Shown one piece after another: positions 44,062 through 55,657 of a stretch of 64,000 nt of DNA. Within the stretch, counting starts at the first letter, position 1; each line of letters starts with the position of its first letter. A program made the translations under genes and the position numbers. The stretch is from an uncultured Nitrososphaeraceae archaeon (GTDB lineage Archaea > Thermoproteota > Nitrososphaeria > Nitrososphaerales > Nitrososphaeraceae). The notes under the pieces were generated by a model. It ran no database searches, had not been told where the DNA came from, and saw only the letters and a program-made list of their open reading frames with translations. The stretch spans positions 640,001 through 704,000 of the forward strand of contig CAVZZA010000003.1 in NCBI GenBank assembly GCA_963779615.1, in the 5' to 3' direction.

Positions 44062-45122
44062 TAGATCTCTTGCTTAATTGCCACTAGACATCTTTATGAC
44101 CATTAATTCATTGATTCCCATTGATTCCCTGTACTTTCTTTGCTCTCGTATGACAGGTTATCCAAAAAACCGATACTTTTCAAATAATTCACCGGTCTGA
44201 CGGTAAAGGAGTTTGACGATATTTGTGATAAGGGGCTATTGAAAAGACACGGCAGGCATGAGATCAGGCGACCGTCCAATAGAAAAGACAGTAGGGAACG
44301 ATCCATAGGTGCAGGCAGGCATTTCAAACTGGATGTAAAGAACAGGTTTATGATGCTTTTGGTCTACTGCCGTCTTTACAATATCCACACATTGGCTGGT
44401 TTTTTTTTGTTTGACTTGGACCAGAGTAACATTTGCATGGACATACAGAAGATTGAGCCGCCGGTAAGAAAGTGCGTGCCAATTCCACAAAAGATGCGCA
44501 AAATAACCAAAAGGCTGCGCACACCAGAGGAAGTTGAAGGCATTTTCCACGGATTCTGTCATTCATAGATTGCACAGAACAACAAATTTCAAGGCCTTAA
44601 AATAAGAGACGAAAGAAGATGTACTATTAGGGCAAGAAGAAAAGGCATACCGTAAAGACAGCTTATGGTTAACAACCAGGGCCTCATCATTCACAAAGCA
44701 AGCCACAAGAAAGGATAAAGGCATGACTATGACATATACAAAAAGAATCACTCAATAACCCCAAAGCAGGTTGTCAGCGTGTTTGAGCTTGGTTATCTTG
44801 GGGTTGAGAAAGACATTCCTGACCAAATATCATCCTTGCCAAACAAAAAGAGAAACCAAAAAGACCTGTCTCAAGAAGAGAAAGATTACAACCAGAACCA
44901 CTCTAGAAAGAGAATGGCGATAGAGCACACCATTTGCAGAATGAAAAGGTACAGGATAATGAGCGATGTCTTCAGAAACAGGTTGAGAAATTATGCCAGG
45001 ATAACTGAAATAGCATCAGGGCTGGTAAACTATAGAATATTAGCATCTCCTTTTTAGATGGGCATCATCATTCATTGCCATGCTGAACAGAGAATACTGT
45101 TTCTAAATATGCAAGACATCTA
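44062..45122 (+). mobile_element. IS5-superfamily (ISL2-like, HTH_Tnp_4/DDE_Tnp_4) insertion sequence, degenerate
   Basis: TIR TAGATCTCTTGCTTAA / ATATGCAAGACATCTA; fragments GAGRHFKLDVKNRFMMLLVY, ELGYLG, RMAIEHTICRMKRYRIM. Confidence 0.88.
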
Positions 45123-45362
45123 ATATATGAACAGAGAGTATCAAAAGATGGTTGTTGATTGGCATTTCCTTATTTTTAATGCGTAGTTAATACCTTAATC
45201 TTTTTGCAATTGTTAAATGCATTATATTCAGTTTTATAACAGTAATAATTCAGGATGATGTCGCTTTTTTTAATCAAATAGCCAATAGAATAAAGGATTT
45301 TATATCCATGCAACAAACAATACAGAAAATATAGGTTGGATTACCTTTAAGTTACTGCATTT

Positions 45363-47039
45363 TTAAACATTTACCCGAAGTGCCTTTGTCTTTCTACTCA
45401 ATGCTATAGATATTGCTATTGACACAATTGAAAGTATTACAGCAGTAAGAAATATCAAATTAAAAGAATAGGTTGAGGGCAATGATTCGGACACTCCTTT
45501 AATATTAATCACGGTTTGATTAGTTTGCATATACATTGCAGCAAGAGCCGGACCGATAGAGGCTCCTATTATCCTTAACATGCTACTCATCCCTATAGTC
45601 ACCCCAGCAGACTCCCGTGGTGAAGATAGAATGATTATGTTCATTGCGCCAACGGCAGCTAGCGATAGCCCAGCGGACAATATGGCTAAACCGGTTGAGA
45701 TAAATAATTCCGAGGAATGAAATAAGAACAACACGGCAAAGCCAAATGTGGTTAAAATAGAACCAAAGATAATCGGTTTTAGGGATCCCAATTTGGATAT
45801 GATGAATCCAGACGTGGGTCCAAATATCAAAAGTACAATTGCAAACGGCAGTTGAACTCTACCGGTGTCTACAGAGTTTTCTCCAAATCCAATGGGTTGT
45901 GAAGTTTGTACTAGAATAGGTATGGTCTGAAAAACCATAAACATCGACATGCCCACAATCATTATAATCAGACTAGAAAACAATATTGTGGGCTGAAGGA
46001 AAATTTTAAAGTCAATCAATGGAAATTCGGCGCGTCTTTCAGTGTAAACAAACAGGATAAGCGAAACCGTCCCCATTGCTAAAAAGGGAAAAATAGTTTC
46101 AAAGGTATTGTAAAAGTTAGAAACACCATTGGATTTGATATTTAGGCTACCATCTGCTCCTGTTGCTGGTCCGGGCCCTGCTGCCGGGGGCTGCAATAAT
46201 GTTATCGAAAGAAGAAACGAAGTGATGGTAATTGCCAACAGTATCGATCCTTTAACATCCATTTGGCTTTTCCTTATTTTTACTTCCCTCTCTGGTTTTT
46301 TACCATTATTGTGGCCTTTTGCCGTTTTGGCCTTTTCCGCATTTAATTTACTGTTTTCTATTTCGTAGCTGTAATCATCGTCGATATGGATATACTTTCG
46401 AATTATGTATAGGAGTATTATTGAAATAGGTATTATTGTAAAAAAGGTCATTCTCCAACCAAAATGCTGGATAATAAGGCCGCCAATGGATAATCCAATA
46501 ACCGAGCCAGCTGCAAACATAGAGGTAATAGCACCCTGTGCAATCGATATTTTTTCGCGCGGGAATTGGTCTCTCACGATGCTAAAAGCAATTGGAAACA
46601 TTGACATACCAAATCCCTGAATTGCCCTTGAGATTATAAGGGTAAATATATCATTTGCAAACCCCCCAAGAGAGACACCCGCTGTATATATTACCATTAT
46701 TATCAACAATATCTTTTTCCTACCATAAGTATCAGATAACTTGCCGGCTATGGGAGTCATAACAGCTCCAGATATCAGGTATGAGGTCAAAATCCAAGAA
46801 GACAATCCATACGACACATCAAAATTGCTTATCAATGTTGGAATGGCCGGTATCAGCATTGTCTCTGCATACATTACCATAGTCGCAATACAACTCAGAA
46901 TAACAAGAATTTTCCATGCATAAGGTGGAATTTTTAAGTGTTTTTTTGGTTGAGAATTATAACGACCGTCATCATTATCGCCATCTTTTGAAAATGCCCC
47001 TTGTATTTCATTTGTTTTTTCTTTTTTTGAATTTTTCAT
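45363..47039 (-). CDS. MFS transporter (14-TM DHA2-like drug:H+ antiporter)
   Basis: GKLSDTYGRKK motif A, RAIQGFG, GWRMTF; directly downstream of MarR. Confidence 0.92.
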   Translation of the reverse strand: MKNSKKEKTNEIQGAFSKDGDNDDGRYNSQPKKHLKIPPYAWKILVILSCIATMVMYAETMLIPAIPTLISNFDVSYGLSSWILTSYLISGAVMTPIAGKLSDTYGRKKILLIIMVIYTAGVSLGGFANDIFTLIISRAIQGFGMSMFPIAFSIVRDQFPREKISIAQGAITSMFAAGSVIGLSIGGLIIQHFGWRMTFFTIIPISIILLYIIRKYIHIDDDYSYEIENSKLNAEKAKTAKGHNNGKKPEREVKIRKSQMDVKGSILLAITITSFLLSITLLQPPAAGPGPATGADGSLNIKSNGVSNFYNTFETIFPFLAMGTVSLILFVYTERRAEFPLIDFKIFLQPTILFSSLIIMIVGMSMFMVFQTIPILVQTSQPIGFGENSVDTGRVQLPFAIVLLIFGPTSGFIISKLGSLKPIIFGSILTTFGFAVLFLFHSSELFISTGLAILSAGLSLAAVGAMNIIILSSPRESAGVTIGMSSMLRIIGASIGPALAAMYMQTNQTVINIKGVSESLPSTYSFNLIFLTAVILSIVSIAISIALSRKTKALRVNV

Positions 47040-47082
47040 TAATTTTCCCTTATTTATTCATATTTTGTATTGAGTTTTTTAT

Positions 47083-47640
47083 TCAAAGACCTGGCGAGGT
47101 TTTATTAAAGGTGGAAGCAACTTTTTCTTTTTCTTGTAGTTCGGGCATAACAGCATTATTTCTTTTTTGTTTATACTGCTCTGCAAGGTTTAAATTGAAT
47201 TCGTTTTGGATGTTGTTCCACATTTTTTCCAATGTGTTTTTTGTTATTGAAATATTTTCTTCAGAAATGTCATTCAAAGATATTTTTTTTATCCTTAATC
47301 CACAGTCTATCATCAGATCCTGAACACCGCATAGTTTTTCTGTAAGAAAAATTCTATTGTTTCGCCTGTCAGTCGGATCTACTTTTCTGACAACAAACCC
47401 ATCTTTTTCTAATTTATCGATAATAGGGATAAGAGTCGGGCCCTCAAGGCCAAGCTTATCGGCTATCTCTTTCTGAGTTAAGCCATTATCATCATTATTC
47501 ACCAGTATTATAATGATCTTCCATTGACCGAAAGTAATTCCCACATTCTTCCGTAGTTCCTGGTCAAAGGCCTGAATCAACACCTTTGCGGTCCTGTTGA
47601 TTATAAATCCAATACTATTTTCAAAATCAAATTTTTGCAT
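47083..47640 (-). CDS. MarR-family transcriptional regulator
   Basis: LTQKEIADKLGLEGPTLIPIIDKLEKDGFVVRKVDPTDRR winged helix. Confidence 0.93.
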   Translation of the reverse strand: MQKFDFENSIGFIINRTAKVLIQAFDQELRKNVGITFGQWKIIIILVNNDDNGLTQKEIADKLGLEGPTLIPIIDKLEKDGFVVRKVDPTDRRNNRIFLTEKLCGVQDLMIDCGLRIKKISLNDISEENISITKNTLEKMWNNIQNEFNLNLAEQYKQKRNNAVMPELQEKEKVASTFNKTSPGL

Positions 47641-47655
47641 TTGCGAGGCACTAAT

Positions 47656-47671
47656 AATTAGTATACGAATT
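47656..47671. promoter_or_regulatory. putative MarR operator
   Basis: Near palindrome AATTAGTATACGAATT between the TATA-like ttaaata and the MarR start. Confidence 0.5.
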
Positions 47672-47933
47672 GATAGTATTTAAGTTAAATGTATTCACAT
47701 TCGATCTGAAATATCAAGAGCACATAAAATTAAAACTAATTGTTCATCAAAGAAGATATCTCAAATTTATCAATTCTACTTTTTGTATAACGATCAAATG
47801 TATTTCGATACACATTTTTGTTCTATTCTTGGGCCTCGAATAATTCCCACCATTAAAAAATTCTTAATAAATAGGTAATCTATTTAATGCCAATGAAAAG
47901 TTAAGAATAATATCAAGTTAGGTGCAATAGAGT

Positions 47934-48863
47934 TTGAATGTAACAAAATTACGGTTGTTGGCAATAGGTGGAAGCATTTTTGCAGTAATTATTTTAATGT
48001 ATTACTATTATGGGTTAACAACACCACAGCAAAATCATAATTTGAACAATGCCGGAATAGACAGATTTGAAATAAAAGACATTTACCCAACCAAAAATGG
48101 GGGAAGAGAATGGTTTATGGATATGGATAATCCAACAAATGACAAAACGTTCTCAATTACATCTCACATTCCAGTTACAAGGAATAATGATGACGGATCA
48201 TGGTTCATTGATAAACCTGAAGTAAGGATGAATGTCAATACACCCAAAGGTGAACCCCTATGGAAAAACGTGGAGATCACAGGATACGTCAAACCAACAT
48301 CAGTTATTAACAGTGGTGGTAATGGCGGTGGTGGTGAAGGTCAGGAAGACGAAGAAAGCACCGAAGGTGATGAAAAAAATATTTCGCCAGACATAAGTTG
48401 GCGTGCTAGGGGGGGATTGCACAGATCATCTGCTCCCTGCGAAGGCACTGCATTAAATGGCGTATTGAATATTAATGATGGGAAGGCATCATGGAAAAAG
48501 GAGATATGGCACATCGGTGGATACACAGATGCGAGAGGCACAACACAGGCAACAAATGATCCGCTTTTGGGAAAATGGGTAGGATGGAAAGTCATAATGT
48601 ACAACACAGATAATGACAAGGCAGTAAAAATGGAATCCTACATTGATGACAACAATAAGAACGATTGGAAAAAAGTAACCGAATTAACAGATGATGGTGG
48701 ATGGTTTGCAAATAGCTCCGATGATGTATTCCATAGTCCCCACTGCGGAAAACCAAAAGACTACATAATAACTAATGGAGGCTCAATAGTAACATTCAGG
48801 TCTGACAATATATCCTATTATTTTAAAAACCTCAGTGTTCGGGAGATCCAACCACCATCATAA
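47934..48863 (+). CDS. membrane-anchored extracellular protein, possibly carbohydrate-binding or lyase-like jelly-roll
   Basis: N-terminal TM; Trp-rich beta-strand motifs WKNVEITGY, KEIWH..GY, KWVGWK, FRSD; function inferred only loosely. Confidence 0.75.
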   Translation: MNVTKLRLLAIGGSIFAVIILMYYYYGLTTPQQNHNLNNAGIDRFEIKDIYPTKNGGREWFMDMDNPTNDKTFSITSHIPVTRNNDDGSWFIDKPEVRMNVNTPKGEPLWKNVEITGYVKPTSVINSGGNGGGGEGQEDEESTEGDEKNISPDISWRARGGLHRSSAPCEGTALNGVLNINDGKASWKKEIWHIGGYTDARGTTQATNDPLLGKWVGWKVIMYNTDNDKAVKMESYIDDNNKNDWKKVTELTDDGGWFANSSDDVFHSPHCGKPKDYIITNGGSIVTFRSDNISYYFKNLSVREIQPPS

Positions 48864-49094
48864 AACACTTGGTTGGGTTTTTTCACTTGCAGAATATTGC
48901 AAAAGCACATAAATAAATATGCTACTGTTACTAGGTGCATAATGCCACTTGTGTTTGTGTTTGTGTTGCAGAACTCCCATGACTTTCTATTAATTTAAAA
49001 ACACAGCCGCACAAATATTTTTACAGATAATGGAAACTTAGGGAATTATAATAGGATAAATACTTTGAATACCTATTGAAGATGTATATCTTCT

Positions 49095-51437
49095 ATGTCC
49101 AATGTTAATCTGAAAATAGAGGTAGAGACAACAACACCAAATTTAGTTACAAAAGTATATGAAAAACTGCAAGACAACATCTCAAGATTTAGGAAAATCA
49201 TAAATCGCCCTCTCACAATTTCGGAAAAAATTCTAATCGGACATCTTGATAAAAATACAGATTTTGGATCTGGTGGTGGTGGCGAGAACACCTTACTCCC
49301 AGCCAATGATTATGTTCTTTTAAATCCAGATAGGGTTGCACTACAAGATGTTACAGGCCAAATGACGATTCTTCAGTTTGTGCAAGCAGGTCTGAAGCGT
49401 ACAGCTGTTCCGACAACTGTTCACTGCGATCACCTTATTCAGGCACGAACAGGAAGTGAGTCGGATACAAAGGCTGCGCTCTATGAAAACAACGAAGTGT
49501 ATCAATTCTTAGAATCAGCATCAAGAAAATATGGAATAGGCTTCTGGAGGCCTGGCTCCGGTATTATACATCAGGTAGTTCTTGAAAACTATGCTTTTCC
49601 TGGAGGATTAATGATAGGTACAGATTCTCATACCCCAAATGCAGGAGGTCTTGGAATGCTCGCGATGGGAGTTGGGGGTCTTGATGCTGCAGAAGTAATG
49701 GCAGGATTGCCCTGGGAGCTATTGTACCCAAAACGTATTGGCGTATACTTGACAGGAAAGCTGAATGGCTGGGCCTCACCAAAAGACATTATACTCTATG
49801 TAACCTCAAAACTCACAGTTTCAGGAGGGACAAACTCAATAATAGAGTATTTTGGACCCGGCGCAAGAACCATCAGCTGCACCGGCAAGGCAACCATCAC
49901 AAACATGGGTGCAGAAGTTGGCGCCACCTGCTCGGTATTTCCGTATGACAAGACAATGGAAACATATCTTAGGGCAACAGGGCGAAAACCAATAGCTGAT
50001 CTTGCAAACAAACATGTGGATTTACTAACCCAGGATCCAGAGATAGAAAAAGAAGTTGGCGAGAATAAAGAGAATGGGTTAAAGTACTTTGATCAATTAA
50101 TTGAAATCAATCTTTCTGAACTAGAGCCCTATATTGTGGGTCCTCATACACCTGACCTCGGAAGGCCAATTTCGAAGATGGCTGAGGATCTTAGGAAAAA
50201 TAACTACATCGATACAATTTCGGTCAGCCTTATTGGAAGTTGCACAAATTCTTCCTATGAGGACATGTCACGCGCCGCAGATATTGCCAAACAAGCAAGA
50301 GAGAGAGGCATCAAAACTAAAACTCCGTTACAGGTTACACCGGGTTCTGAAATGATTCGTGCCACAATTGAAAGGGATGGACAAATGCAGCTGCTCAGAG
50401 ACATTGGCGCCAATGTGCTGGCAAATGCATGTGGTCCTTGCATAGGGCAGTGGAACAGACCAGAGTTAAAGAAAGGAGAGCCCAATATCATCATTACATC
50501 ATATAACAGAAATTTTCCCGGAAGAAATGACGGAAGAAGGGAAACGATGAATTTTATTGGAAGTCCAGAACTTGTTATAGCTCTGGCTCTGGCTGGTAGG
50601 CTTTCATTTAATCCACTCACAGACACGCTAGTTGCAAACGACGGTACAAAGTTCATGCTGAATCCCCCTGAAGCAGCACCTGAAATTCCTGAAAATGGAT
50701 TCAAAGATGTCATGGATACATATGTAGCACCAGATGATAATCCAGATCAAGTCCACATAATAATTAAGGAAGATAGTTCCAGATTGCAGTTACTCCAGCC
50801 CTTCCCAAAATGGGATGGCAGTGATTTTGACAAATTACCAATATTAGCAAAAGTAATGGGAAAGTGTACAACAAATCATATCTCGCCAGCTGGACCTTGG
50901 TTAATGTATAGGGGACATTTAGACAAATTAAGTGACAACTTACTCCTTGGTGCTGTTAACGCCTTTCACGAAGGCAAAGTAGGCATTGGCAAGAACATTC
51001 TCGACTCTAAAATCGAATCATTTGCCCACATAGCAAGGGAGTACAAAAAAAGAGGTCTTAAATGGATTATAATAGGAGATAAGAATTATGGAGAGGGCAG
51101 CAGTAGGGAACACGCGGCCATGACACCCCGATACCTGGGTTGCGCAGCAGTTGTTGCCAGAAGTTTCGCAAGGATCCACGAAACCAACCTTAAAAAACAA
51201 GGAATACTAGCATTAACATTTGTAGATCCGCTAGATTATGACAAAGTTATGGAAGATGACAGGATTAGCATAACTGGCCTTGATGATCTTAAACCCAATA
51301 AACATGTTAATTGCATCTTACACCATAATGATGGAATAGAAGAAATATCACTGCAGCACTCCTACAACGAAGCCCAGATAAAGTGGTTCCAAGCAGGCTC
51401 TGCCCTCAACATCTTGCGTTCTACTGAAGAGGGTTAA
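49095..51437 (+). CDS. acnA: aconitate hydratase (mitochondrial-type aconitase)
   Basis: VHCDHLI, GIIHQVVLE, GTDSHTPN, IGSCTNSS, CGPCIGQW, GSSREHAA, FARIHETNL. Confidence 0.95.
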   Translation: MSNVNLKIEVETTTPNLVTKVYEKLQDNISRFRKIINRPLTISEKILIGHLDKNTDFGSGGGGENTLLPANDYVLLNPDRVALQDVTGQMTILQFVQAGLKRTAVPTTVHCDHLIQARTGSESDTKAALYENNEVYQFLESASRKYGIGFWRPGSGIIHQVVLENYAFPGGLMIGTDSHTPNAGGLGMLAMGVGGLDAAEVMAGLPWELLYPKRIGVYLTGKLNGWASPKDIILYVTSKLTVSGGTNSIIEYFGPGARTISCTGKATITNMGAEVGATCSVFPYDKTMETYLRATGRKPIADLANKHVDLLTQDPEIEKEVGENKENGLKYFDQLIEINLSELEPYIVGPHTPDLGRPISKMAEDLRKNNYIDTISVSLIGSCTNSSYEDMSRAADIAKQARERGIKTKTPLQVTPGSEMIRATIERDGQMQLLRDIGANVLANACGPCIGQWNRPELKKGEPNIIITSYNRNFPGRNDGRRETMNFIGSPELVIALALAGRLSFNPLTDTLVANDGTKFMLNPPEAAPEIPENGFKDVMDTYVAPDDNPDQVHIIIKEDSSRLQLLQPFPKWDGSDFDKLPILAKVMGKCTTNHISPAGPWLMYRGHLDKLSDNLLLGAVNAFHEGKVGIGKNILDSKIESFAHIAREYKKRGLKWIIIGDKNYGEGSSREHAAMTPRYLGCAAVVARSFARIHETNLKKQGILALTFVDPLDYDKVMEDDRISITGLDDLKPNKHVNCILHHNDGIEEISLQHSYNEAQIKWFQAGSALNILRSTEEG

Positions 51438-51757
51438 GAACAAGAAAGCAATAAACTAACTAGATAAATAAAAAAACCGTTAAATCAGTTTCAAGATATA
51501 TCAAAAGACATCAGGTCCACAATTTGCAATTGTCTGACCCCCCATTTCTTTCCTATAATAACTTGGGGTGTATTGAATATATAAAAAAATCGATCGGGTT
51601 TGATTCAACAGAATAAGACAACCATCCAACTCCCCTTTCTCCAATGGAAAAATAATAAAATATGTATACCATTCATAATCCTTTTTGGTAACATATTATA
51701 AGAATATCCTACAAACCATATAGAATTTTGATAGGGGTATAACTTTTGGTTCATCAT

Positions 51758-52808
51758 CTAGATCTTTTGTGGTGTTGTTATGGTTTTTCCTATTTGTTCC
51801 CCATTGGCCATCATTACATGTCCTTTGACCATATCACCAAAAGGCAGTACCAAATTTATCAAAGGTTTAAGTTTTCCTTTTGAGGTCCAATATAATACCT
51901 CTTCAAGTTCAGCTTTTGTTCCCTGTGTTGAGCCCATAAGCGTTATTCCTTTAAAGAAAAGGTACCTCAAATCCAGCGAAGAATCGTATCCGGTTGTAGA
52001 GCCAGTAGAAACCAAGAATCCCCCCCATCTTCAATAATGATACCTCTTGCGGAAATACGTTTTTTCCAATATGCTCAAATACAACATCCACACCTTTTTT
52101 ATTTGTCATATCCCTCACTTTTTTGTACCAATCCTGCTCCCTATGGTTTACAACGTAATCTGCACCCAGCTCTTTGCATTTGTCCATTTTCTGCTGATTT
52201 CCAGCCGTCGCAATCACGTTGCAATTGTAAAGTTTTGCAATCTGTATCCCGATCATGCCAACTCCACTTGTCCCACCCATTACCAACACTGTTTGCCCGG
52301 GTTTGATATTGGCTCTGCCCACAAGCATGTGCCACGAGGTCATCCCGACCATAGATATTGCTGCAGCATCGTCAAAGGACACATTATTTGCTATTTTTGC
52401 TACATTTACCTCAGGCAAATGGGTATACTGACAATATCCACCCCATAGGGGACCAGTCTGGAATCCCCACACTTGCCTTTTTTCGCAATCGTATTCCCTG
52501 CCAGAAGTACACATTTTACACGCTCTGCAACTCAGGTTTGCGTGAGAGACAACCCTATCGCCTATCTTTAGCGAGGTTACGTTTTCCCCTACCTCCTCTA
52601 TAGTCCCAGCGATGTCTGTCCCAGATATATGCGGCATGGGAATTTTTATTGGCTCTCCCCAAATTGCCCACAGATCATCGTAATTGTAGGATGCTGATTC
52701 AATTTTTATCAATACTTCATTTGGGTTAATCTTTGGAACATCTATGTCCTCGATTTTTACAACCCTGTTTGGATCTCTATTGTGCGATCGGAATACTGCT
52801 GCTTTCAT
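51758..52808 (-). CDS. zinc-binding (MDR) alcohol dehydrogenase-like oxidoreductase; apparent +1 frameshift in a G7 run near 52020
   Basis: PHISGTD.AG, CRACKMC..C structural Zn site, GGTSGVG; removing one G joins KMGG to FLVSTGSTTGYD. Probably a sequencing error. Confidence 0.85.
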
Positions 52809-52953
52809 TGTCTTTCTCTCTTTTTTGATATATACCAAGTTAGCAAAATATTTTGCTCAAATGCCAGTAAAAATAAAAATAAGAATAAATATTATTGAGA
52901 CAGAAATGGTATATACACTTAAAGTTTTTTTGTGATAACCTTTTAGAAAAATA

Positions 52954-53190
52954 ATGGGTTATGCAAGATATGGAAAATATCCAATCATTGTAGGGATAAT
53001 CCTGGTGGCGGCAGGGATAATATTTACAATGCAAAGCAACTCAGTTGTGGGGCCATCCACCTCATTTATGTATGACAATCCAGAATGGACCAACAATGGT
53101 TTTGTCATAATTCTAATAGGTGTATTTCTTATTCTAATTGGTTTAACAGCACTCCAACTAAAAAAACAGAGAAGGTTAACCTCAAATTGA
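52954..53190 (+). CDS. small two-TM membrane protein
   Basis: Two hydrophobic helices separated by QSNSVVGPSTSFMYDNPEW loop. Confidence 0.75.
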   Translation: MGYARYGKYPIIVGIILVAAGIIFTMQSNSVVGPSTSFMYDNPEWTNNGFVIILIGVFLILIGLTALQLKKQRRLTSN

Positions 53191-53363
53191 TTTTTTATAC
53201 GAATTGAATCCTTTATTTCAATTCAGATATGAAGAGGTGACATTGTACCATTCTTCTTTAAGTTTTTTACTATGCAATTTCTAATCCCACAGATGTTAAA
53301 ACAACAAATTAGGGCTACAGGTTTTGTTTTTTATTTGGGTGACCATTTAGAATGACCTAGTAG

Positions 53364-53762
53364 TCAGCCCTCTAACTCTGTGTTTATTCCCTCCACTAAA
53401 TCTTCTATTTTTATTGGTTTTCTAAAAATAACAGGGTTTTCTTCCTTTAGTGTGGGTATTGCTGCGTTTAATTCATCCTTATTAATATCAAATGCCGTCA
53501 TAAAACAGACTTTAATTTTATTATCCAATCTCCTTATCTCTCTGTATAAATCAAAACCATTTATTTTTGGCATCTTAATATCAATAAGTGCCAAAGCGTA
53601 CAACCCCTGCTTGAAAGAGGATAAAGCCAGAGGAGAATCAGTAAAAGCATTAACTAAAAACCCATTGTCTTCCAACACTAAGCGAAAGGTCAAAGTGATA
53701 TCAGGTTCATCGTCGACCAACAAGATCCTATTATTATAATTATAATTATTATTATTCATCAT
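53364..53762 (-). CDS. response regulator (stand-alone receiver domain)
   Basis: ILLVDDEPD, LIDIKMP (phospho-Asp), FMTA, RKP. Confidence 0.93.
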   Translation of the reverse strand: MMNNNNYNYNNRILLVDDEPDITLTFRLVLEDNGFLVNAFTDSPLALSSFKQGLYALALIDIKMPKINGFDLYREIRRLDNKIKVCFMTAFDINKDELNAAIPTLKEENPVIFRKPIKIEDLVEGINTELEG

Positions 53763-55657
53763 TGATCTGTGCCATCTTGCTTGTTGGTTGAATAGACTAG
53801 TTGTTGTTGTTCTTGTTTGTTGATCGGTAGGCTAAATGAAAATGTTGCCCCTTTACCATCTCTATTGTTTTCTGCCCATATCCTTCCACCATGTGATTCA
53901 ATAATCCCTTTGCAAATATACAACCCCAATCCCGTGCCCGTTTCTGATTTGGTAAAGAATTTGGAAAATAATTTATCCTTTATAGCAGGGTCAATACCCG
54001 TCCCTCTATCCCTTATACTAATAATAACCTCACCAGTCTCAACGCTACCACTGCCTCTCTGATAGAGCGTATTGGAATTTAAGGTTGTAAAGACTGTTAT
54101 AGTATCCTCAATGAGATCATTATCACCACCCCTATTACTATTGCCGATGCTACTGCTATTATTCTGTATAATTTTAATTGCATTAGTCAACAGATTTGAA
54201 ATAACCTCGTAAATTCTAATTTTATCTGCTTCTACAACAATAGGATCCACTTTTGGATCAGCAAATGTTATCTCCGTGCCATGCCTTGTCTTTAAATCAT
54301 TTACAATATCCCTCATCTTTTCATTAATGTTAAACTTCTCCTTGTTTAGCTTTAAGGTTTGGCTGTCGATTCTTGAAACATCCAATATGTTGTTTGTAAG
54401 GCTTTGAAGTCTTACAGCATTTCTTTCTATAGCATCAATCATTTCGTCTCTCCTTTCAGGATGACGCCGTATTAGAGTGGAATATGCTAAAATTGATTGA
54501 GTAGGTGTCTTAAATTCATGGCTTGCAATATCAATAAACTCTTTTTGCATTTTTTCATGTTCTTTTAGTTTTTCGTATAATTCAATCTGGTTCCAAAAAT
54601 TCTCAAATATTGAAACATAAGACATTATCGTTGGTTCACTTGTAGAATAGGTTGACAATCCTATCGCTTCTGCAAAAGTTTCTTTGGAATCATCTACCTT
54701 TTCCAAAACTAATGACGCGTGTCTATCAACTACCAATATTGTTACTGTGGTTACATTATGCTCTGCTATTGATTCCAAAGGTCTTACTTGAAACAGAGAA
54801 CTATGGATTTTGCCAGAAGTAGAAGGAAAATCGATACTTTTTTCTGTTGATGGCTTTATATTTAATTCATCCATTATTTTATTGATTGTTTCATTCTGAG
54901 GAGTTAAAATTCTGATATGAACGCCTCCACGTCCACCTTCTTTTTGCAGATTATCTTTTGTTGATGATGTGGTTGATGATGCTTTTCTTCTCTGAGTGTC
55001 TGTAGATAATTCCCTTAGCAGGTGTATTGCACCAATTCTATATTTGCGCATAAAGGCATTGACCGTGGGAAGGATTAGCAATATCTCTGATTTGGCGGAT
55101 TTTATCAAATTGATAAATAACTCTTGGGAATACGATGTATGATCAATAATTTCTGTTATTCCAAAACTAACATCCCCTTCAATTTCTATTATTTTTCTTT
55201 CTGCAGAAGTAGAGGCATTCCAAAGGCTATCAAAGACATATTGCTGTTGCACTACAATTTCCTTAACAGTGCTATGAATAATCGTGTCTGCAGACCTTTC
55301 TTTTCTATGAAATGTGGCAGGGGCAGCATACTCTTGTTCGCTTAGGTAAAAATTTCCTTTGATACCGTTTAAGTGACGAAATTCATCAACTAACGGCATT
55401 ATTTGTTTGCAATAGCTAAGGTTACCTTTTGTTATTTCAGTAAGATACCTTATTTTAACACCTCTTGTTTTTGCATCAAGCAAAGCATCTTTTAGTTTTT
55501 TAATTTCTATAGTTAAATATGGTCGTGTGTAATCCACACACGAATCAATTTTATAAGTGGCATTGGATATGAACTGTAATAGGGTATTCGCTACATTATC
55601 AATTCCATGAATTATGTCTGTTTTTGCTGATTCTTTGAATTCTCCCGTGATATACAT
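53759..55657 (-). CDS. cytoplasmic sensor histidine kinase
   Basis: ASHEFKTP H-box, NLLTNA N-box, DRGTG, GTGLGL; N-terminal TrmB/PLD-like repeats; overlaps the RR gene. Confidence 0.93.
   Translation of the reverse strand: MYITGEFKESAKTDIIHGIDNVANTLLQFISNATYKIDSCVDYTRPYLTIEIKKLKDALLDAKTRGVKIRYLTEITKGNLSYCKQIMPLVDEFRHLNGIKGNFYLSEQEYAAPATFHRKERSADTIIHSTVKEIVVQQQYVFDSLWNASTSAERKIIEIEGDVSFGITEIIDHTSYSQELFINLIKSAKSEILLILPTVNAFMRKYRIGAIHLLRELSTDTQRRKASSTTSSTKDNLQKEGGRGGVHIRILTPQNETINKIMDELNIKPSTEKSIDFPSTSGKIHSSLFQVRPLESIAEHNVTTVTILVVDRHASLVLEKVDDSKETFAEAIGLSTYSTSEPTIMSYVSIFENFWNQIELYEKLKEHEKMQKEFIDIASHEFKTPTQSILAYSTLIRRHPERRDEMIDAIERNAVRLQSLTNNILDVSRIDSQTLKLNKEKFNINEKMRDIVNDLKTRHGTEITFADPKVDPIVVEADKIRIYEVISNLLTNAIKIIQNNSSSIGNSNRGGDNDLIEDTITVFTTLNSNTLYQRGSGSVETGEVIISIRDRGTGIDPAIKDKLFSKFFTKSETGTGLGLYICKGIIESHGGRIWAENNRDGKGATFSFSLPINKQEQQQLVYSTNKQDGTDQ

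Noticed and set aside
40691-45122. Composite transposon carrying the RiPP genes
   Set aside because: The flanking ISs are of different types with different TIRs, and no shared outer target duplication is visible.
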